From Acidobacteriota bacterium (GTDB lineage Bacteria; Acidobacteriota; Vicinamibacteria; Marinacidobacterales; Marinacidobacteraceae): a stretch of 64,000 nucleotides of DNA. The stretch lies in NCBI GenBank assembly GCA_022820545.1, contig JAJEFG010000093.1:1803-65802 (forward strand), in the 5' to 3' direction. Positions 59,140-64,000 of the stretch are shown in pieces. The translations under genes were made by a program, and so were the position numbers. How positions within the stretch are numbered: position 1 is the stretch's first letter; each line of letters opens with the position of its first letter. The notes beneath the pieces are model-generated. The model made no database searches. It was not told the origin of the DNA and was given only the letters and a program-made list of their open reading frames with translations.

Positions 59140-60192
59140 ATGCGCCTCAGCCGCTCCGTCTTCACCGAAGAACAACAGGGAGAATTGGTCTCCATGAAGC
59201 CTGCGGCGCCACCCGACGAGGCCGCCCTCGAAAGCCTGATCGCGCGCCATCCGGAGATCGTTTCCGAAGAAGAAGGAGAGCTCTTGCTCGTGCGTCGGCA
59301 AAAAGGCGTGCCGGACGCAGAAGGCGGCTTCAATCGTTGGGCGCTGGATCTGCTTTTCGTGACCCGGGACGCCGTCCCGGTGCTCATCGAGGTCAAGCGG
59401 GCGGCGAACAGCGAAATACGCCGTCAGGTTGTTGGCCAGCTGCTCGACTACGCCGCCAACGGGACAGCGCATTGGCCCCCCGGCGAAATCCAGCGCGCCT
59501 TCGAAGCAAACTGCGACGCACAAGACGAGGAATCAGAGGCGGTGCTCGAGACTTTTCTCGATGGACGGCACAGGGATGACTTCTGGCAGCGGGTGGACGA
59601 GAACCTCGCTGCCGGCAGAGTGCGGCTGGTCGTTGCGGCAGACGCGATCCCGTCCGAACTCGCGAGGGTCGTGGAATTCCTGAACGACCAGATGCGGGCG
59701 GATGTCCGGGCGGTGGAACTGGGCTGGTTCGAGAGCGCCGATGGACGAAAGGCGTTGGTTCCACGGATCATCGGGGTCACCGAACGCACCCGCGCGGCAA
59801 AACTCGCCGGAAAACCACCGATCAGTCCTGAACAATGGATTGCCGAGCACTACGCGGATGCGCCGGACACAGCCTCGGGAATCCGCCGCCATCTCGAGAT
59901 CGCGGAGGAACTGGGGCTGGAGTCGGGCGTGACCCGGAAGCACGAAGCGATCTGGAGTGGACGCGGCAATCGATATCCGTTTCAGATCTACCGAAAAAAC
60001 CATGGGATAGCGCTGAACCTGAAGGGGGACGAGTCCCTCCGGAAAGGTCTGGTGGCTGCGGTCGGCGCGCTTGATGCCGACAACAAGGAATGGCCTCGGT
60101 TTCGTGTCCAGCGCCTCAACGATCTGGGTGTGCGGAACCGATACCGGGAGTTCCTAGAGACGTTCATCAAAGAGGCCGGGATCGCCACCTGA
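59140..60192 (+). CDS. NucS-like PD-(D/E)XK endonuclease
   Basis: E..LE.LI..HP, LDLLFV...PVLIEVKR, RRQVVGQLLDYAAN. Confidence 0.8.
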   Translation: MRLSRSVFTEEQQGELVSMKPAAPPDEAALESLIARHPEIVSEEEGELLLVRRQKGVPDAEGGFNRWALDLLFVTRDAVPVLIEVKRAANSEIRRQVVGQLLDYAANGTAHWPPGEIQRAFEANCDAQDEESEAVLETFLDGRHRDDFWQRVDENLAAGRVRLVVAADAIPSELARVVEFLNDQMRADVRAVELGWFESADGRKALVPRIIGVTERTRAAKLAGKPPISPEQWIAEHYADAPDTASGIRRHLEIAEELGLESGVTRKHEAIWSGRGNRYPFQIYRKNHGIALNLKGDESLRKGLVAAVGALDADNKEWPRFRVQRLNDLGVRNRYREFLETFIKEAGIAT

Positions 60193-60331
60193 GACCCGCA
60201 GGCGCGGTTCTCCGTCAAGAGAAGTGGTCGGGCCTACTCGTCCTGCCGGTGGAACGCGGCGCCGCCTCCGCCAACGCGGGGGCCGACCGGTGACAAAGGC
60301 CTTCGAGCCAAGGATCCCCGGCCCGTGGCCC

Positions 60332-61240
60332 ATGCCCCACCTTGAACACCGGACGGCCGCCGTGCAGGCCCTCGGATGGTCGCCGGCCGACGCCCACTGG
60401 CTCGCCTTGGTCTGCCTCTACTCCGGGGTCTTCACCCGCCTCCAATACCGGGACTGGCATCACCGGGACAAGTACGCCGCGAGACGCTTCGTGCGGCGCC
60501 TCACCGCGGCCGGCGTCGCCCGCGAACACCCCCTCCCAGAGCGGCGCACCCCGCAGCGCTTCTGCCATGTCTTCGGGCGAACCCTCTACCGCTCCCTCGG
60601 CATCGAGAACGCCCACCAGCGCCGCCTCGGATCCGCAGCCCTGCTCTGGCGCCGCCTGCTCACCCTGGACTGCCTGCTCGCCCATCCCGACGCGAACTGG
60701 CTCGCCACCGGCGAGGAGAAGCTGCTGTTCTTCCTCCAACGCGGATACGACGAGGAGGATCTACCGCAACGCCGCCTCGGGGACCGGGCCCTGGACCGTG
60801 CCTCCCTCCACCCCATCGCGGTCGAAGAGCGCCGCGTGAGCTTTGTCTTTCCCGACCCGGGCCACGGAACCAGCCGGGCGCTCTACTACTGGGCTGCCGA
60901 CCACCTGTTCCTCTGGGAGGCGCTGCGCCTCGACGGCGTCGAGGTCGTAGTGATCGCGGCGGTCCGCGACGACGCCGCGAGGGCTCTCTACGAGGAGACC
61001 CTGTTCCGCTGGACGCCGGACGGCGCCGCCCTGAACGAGGACGAACGCTCATTCCTGCAGGCGATCCAGACGGCGCGGCGGCATCCGGACCCGGACGAGA
61101 TCGGGAAGTGGCTCGGCTGGGAGGAGGCGCACGAAATCGAGACACGGCTCCGCCCCCGGCTCCATCGGCCTCCGGCCAGGATCGACCGGTACACCGTCCA
61201 CTTCGCGGAGCGCCTGGACGACTCCGACCTCGGTTTCTGA
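60332..61240 (+). CDS. Hypothetical mobile-element protein (wHTH; possibly replication-relaxation-like)
   Basis: LGWS..DA.WLALVCL.SGVFTR.QY N-terminus; host-like codon usage. Start is 60290 or 60332. Confidence 0.6.
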   Translation: MPHLEHRTAAVQALGWSPADAHWLALVCLYSGVFTRLQYRDWHHRDKYAARRFVRRLTAAGVAREHPLPERRTPQRFCHVFGRTLYRSLGIENAHQRRLGSAALLWRRLLTLDCLLAHPDANWLATGEEKLLFFLQRGYDEEDLPQRRLGDRALDRASLHPIAVEERRVSFVFPDPGHGTSRALYYWAADHLFLWEALRLDGVEVVVIAAVRDDAARALYEETLFRWTPDGAALNEDERSFLQAIQTARRHPDPDEIGKWLGWEEAHEIETRLRPRLHRPPARIDRYTVHFAERLDDSDLGF

Positions 61241-61290
61241 GGTTTCGACCTCGTTTGGGCCGCTTTGCGGACGCAACTAAGCCGACCCCT

Positions 61291-61576
61291 CTTTTGCCAC
61301 TGCTTTTGCCAGTCCGGTGAGCGCGATTCCCTTTGTCTCCCTTGGGAGTTCGCCCCGCTGACCCCGCAATTCGGGGTCATAGGGAACGGGGCTGCAAGGA
61401 CCCCCCTTTTCCTAGTCGAAAAACTGCCCCGGAAGGGAGTGCTCGTCGCACTCTCCCCTTCCGTGCCGGGGGTCGCTTGCAGCCCACGCCTACGGCGCGA
61501 CTGATCCCTGCGGGAAGGCTGTTCCGGGCTGATGGCGTCATCAGCGTCCCGATCCTCGTGGAGTCCTCGAGGACTC
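61291..61576. other. Dense nested inverted-repeat tract (ori/oriT-like or structured RNA)
   Basis: CTTTTGCCA twice; TGACCCCG/CGGGGTCA; GGGCTGCAAG-GACCCCC/GGGGGTC-CTTGCAGCCC enclosing CGGAAGGGAGTGC/GCACTC..CCCTTCCG; GCTGATG/CATCAGC; perfect GAGTCCTCGAGGACTC. Confidence 0.6.
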
Positions 61577-61767
61577 AGCTCGCGCTCCCGATCAACCCGA
61601 CCACCGCGGTCGGCCGCGCCCGTATCCCCACGCTCCGCTACCGTGAATTCCCCGACGCTGGTGATGCTCCGATCCCGGACCTCAATCCGGGAGACGGCGG
61701 AGCGCCGCCCACCGCCTCTGAGCTGACCCGCCAACCAGCGACCAGGGAGCACTCGTGCAGGTTGATG

Positions 61768-62307
61768 TCACCCCGCGATCCGCTCGCCCCCGACATCGGC
61801 GCTCGGAGGAGGCGGGAGAAGTGAGTAGCTGACTAGGTGGCAGTCTCGCAGATAGATCGCCGAACCCTCTTCAGTGAAATCAGCTCGTTCAACGGTGCCA
61901 TCGACGACGGCGGAGAAGGCGTCAAGCGCGTCGAATCCCAAGTCGGCATGCCCGTAGGGATGCATGCTGCAGCGAAAGAAAACCGGACCTACCTCGGACC
62001 TGGCGACTAGGAACACGACACGACGCAGATGCGGATTCCGGGCGTGCTGGACTCGTCCCTCGACCCGCACGCGCAAATCTACAATCTCGGCCTCCCTGAC
62101 GCTTTGCCGAGGGCCACGGGAGCCAAGAAGGTGCAAGGCCACACCGACCTTCTCCAATGGAACCGGAACGGCCTTGGATCGGCGGATCCGCAACCGGTAC
62201 GCCGTACGGCTCCTCCAGGCCCCCGAAGAGATCTTCTGGATGGACCCCCAGAGGAGGACGGTGACGACTCCTGCGGCAACCGTCAACAGGAACTGTTCAA
62301 GGCTCAT
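61768..62307 (-). CDS. Hypothetical protein with N-terminal TM helix
   Basis: MSLEQFLLTVAAGVVTVLLW; AGGA SD. Confidence 0.6.
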   Translation of the reverse strand: MSLEQFLLTVAAGVVTVLLWGSIQKISSGAWRSRTAYRLRIRRSKAVPVPLEKVGVALHLLGSRGPRQSVREAEIVDLRVRVEGRVQHARNPHLRRVVFLVARSEVGPVFFRCSMHPYGHADLGFDALDAFSAVVDGTVERADFTEEGSAIYLRDCHLVSYSLLPPPPSADVGGERIAG

Positions 62308-62394
62308 TTCCTAGCCCCAGACCGATTGTGTTGGGGGCCTGACCTCAGGCTTCGTTGAGCAACGCGAGGAAAGCCAGTGCGAGCCCTACAAGAC

Positions 62395-63513
62395 CTAGGT
62401 ATCGAGCCTCGGACTGGACTCAAAGACGGCGCCTATCGGGCTTCTCTGGTAGAAACAAAGCGTCACCCAAGCCCGCCAGAGCGAGCACGATCCTGAGGTC
62501 TTGCAGGGTATTCGGGATGTTACGAATCGGGTGAGTTCTCTACAGGAGTCCGGTCCAGAACCCGTGCAATCCCGGATCGCCCTGTAGCTCTTGGCGACCC
62601 TCTGGCGCCATGGGCGCATGCGCGGTTCTCCAGCGGTGTGTGCCCAGTGGGAGCCCCGGTCGTACATCCGCCTATCCTCTTCCCCGTCCGCCGTACCTAG
62701 GCCGGAGAACCCCAGGCGCGAGTAGCTCAACAGCGCCTTGCACGGCTTCGAGGCATCACGAACGATGTCCGGAACCGTGCCGGCGGTGATTTCGGGTTCC
62801 CCTATCTCCTCAAATCGTATGGAGATCTGAAAGTCCGGTTCAATCCTCACACCTGCATCGTTCAAGCTGAGCATAACGTGGTCCTTCTTGATCTTTCCCA
62901 AGTCACCCCATCCTCGAAGAGGACGCGCAGGCATCGGTCTGTCGAATGGGGGCCGATTATGCCGCGGACCCAGGCCGTCTGAGCTGGCGATGGCGAAAAC
63001 CAGATGCCTGTGTTTGTCGATGTTGCAGAGCGAATGGAGTTGCCAAAACGCGCCAACGTTGAATGGAAGACCTACGCCACCCGTATACGGCTGGAGACGC
63101 CGAATCATCTCCACGGCACTTTCGCTAACGCCGCTCAATGCCCATTGCCCTTTCTTTTGCTTCTCCCACCCGTCGTCCTCCTTGACGATGGGAAATGCGT
63201 TGTGCCGCCCTGGACACTGCCCGTTAGCACGAACCAACTGCCAGATGAGATGATCCAGCGCCGACCGCAGGTTGTAGAGAATCTCCCCAAGTGTGACGGA
63301 CCAATCAATTGGAACACTAGGCGTCTCGCCACGGAACACCCACGCCTGTTCCTCAGCTTCGTCGTAAACCTCGTGGACGATTGACTGTCGTATGCCTCTG
63401 CAGAACTTGTCCATATCGGCCTTGAGCGAGCTTGATTGACTGGCCGCCCGCGTGATCTTTGCGCTGATGCCTTCGAAAGTGGGCACGAGCTGGCCTCGGG
63501 CCGTGTGGTTCAT
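62395..63513 (-). CDS. Hypothetical protein, HEPN-like; C-terminus possibly frameshift read-through
   Basis: GEILYNLRSALDHLIWQL, FPI, LQPY, LCNIDKHR motifs. Confidence 0.65.
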   Translation of the reverse strand: MNHTARGQLVPTFEGISAKITRAASQSSSLKADMDKFCRGIRQSIVHEVYDEAEEQAWVFRGETPSVPIDWSVTLGEILYNLRSALDHLIWQLVRANGQCPGRHNAFPIVKEDDGWEKQKKGQWALSGVSESAVEMIRRLQPYTGGVGLPFNVGAFWQLHSLCNIDKHRHLVFAIASSDGLGPRHNRPPFDRPMPARPLRGWGDLGKIKKDHVMLSLNDAGVRIEPDFQISIRFEEIGEPEITAGTVPDIVRDASKPCKALLSYSRLGFSGLGTADGEEDRRMYDRGSHWAHTAGEPRMRPWRQRVAKSYRAIRDCTGSGPDSCRELTRFVTSRIPCKTSGSCSLWRAWVTLCFYQRSPIGAVFESSPRLDT

Positions 63514-63663
63514 CCGCGGGGGGTCAATCGACCCCGGCCGTTCCGACTAGGACTACCAGCGGTGGGCGCGTCTCTGCGAATCGCTGCGTCAGCCGCGCGG
63601 AGGCCCAGCTCCGAGGGGGAGCCGCGTCGCCAGTTCGCGGATCTGGCTGCCGGGTGGGAGCTG

Positions 63664-64000
63664 TCATTTGCCCGTAAGCTGTACCCACCGCTCTACCGCA
63701 CTCTTGGAGGCCTCCACGCCGATCAAGCGCTCATGGATGTGCTTGACCGCTCGACGCGCCACCACCGGCTTCGGATCGCCAGCCCAAAACAGCGCCTGAT
63801 CGACGATGGTGTGCCATGAGTCGAAGATCGTCATCCCAATCCCCAACTCGCTCGCCCATTCCGCGAGTACGGCGATATCCAGTGGCGACTGATCATCGGC
63901 CACGGCCACAACTGCGGCCTCCTGAACTCCCATCCTCGCACACTTGGCTCCGAAGATCCTGACATCCGATAGGGAGACAGCCTTGTCTCTGACTTCGAGT
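63664..64000 (-). CDS. C-terminal part of a SacI-like restriction endonuclease (5' end beyond window)
   Basis: The frame is open to the window edge: LEVRDKAVSLSDVRIFGAKCARMG..., an EVxDK..S.SDV-type motif. Confidence 0.55.
   Translation of the reverse strand, partial: LEVRDKAVSLSDVRIFGAKCARMGVQEAAVVAVADDQSPLDIAVLAEWASELGIGMTIFDSWHTIVDQALFWAGDPKPVVARRAVKHIHERLIGVEASKSAVERWVQLTGK

Larger units (their letters stand above)
52900..64000. mobile_element. Genomic island / integrative element with defence-like cargo (continues past window)
   Basis: Housekeeping synteny ends, codons are visibly more A/T-rich (not computed), and the region holds an integrase, nucleases and TA-like genes. Boundaries are approximate; no att repeat was found. 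Confidence 0.75.

Noticed and set aside
55683-64000. Integron cassette array or prophage
   Set aside because: The integrase is P4-type with an arm-binding domain, not IntI; no repeated attC sites, mixed gene orientation, and no structural phage genes.

Overview
GC-rich bacterial chromosome segment. The gene content (Oar-like TonB receptor, DUF1573, DUF4013 paralogs) suggests Acidobacteriota, but this is inference. About 1-52.6 kb is mostly housekeeping: a topoisomerase IV-like A/B pair, an ECF sigma/STAS operon, comF, lapB-like, rsfS-nadD-obgE-rpmA-rplU, rho, hisS, a cstA-amidohydrolase-GGT-FGE-TonB receptor cluster, Fpg/Nei, three DUF4013 paralogs, acnA, coaX with a BASS transporter, mqnD, udk, gatB, accD-folC-proS and a PlsB-like acyltransferase. 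A family of REP-like double-hairpin repeats is scattered through this part. From about 52.9 kb to the window end is an accessory, defence-like island: ImmA/IrrE peptidase plus frameshifted DUF4411/PIN, a PD-(D/E)XK nuclease, an intact P4-type tyrosine integrase, two HEPN-like proteins, a NucS-like nuclease, a possible relaxase-like gene followed by a highly structured DNA tract, and a partial SacI-like endonuclease. The most notable oddities are an operon of a degenerate S1/P1-fold protein, an ECF sigma with no canonical start codon and a STAS protein; two genes reduced to N- plus C-terminal scars by internal deletion; and both PIN-type toxins inactivated while their partners remain intact. 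No tRNA, rRNA or CRISPR array was recognised. All family calls come from motif recognition by eye, with no database searches.
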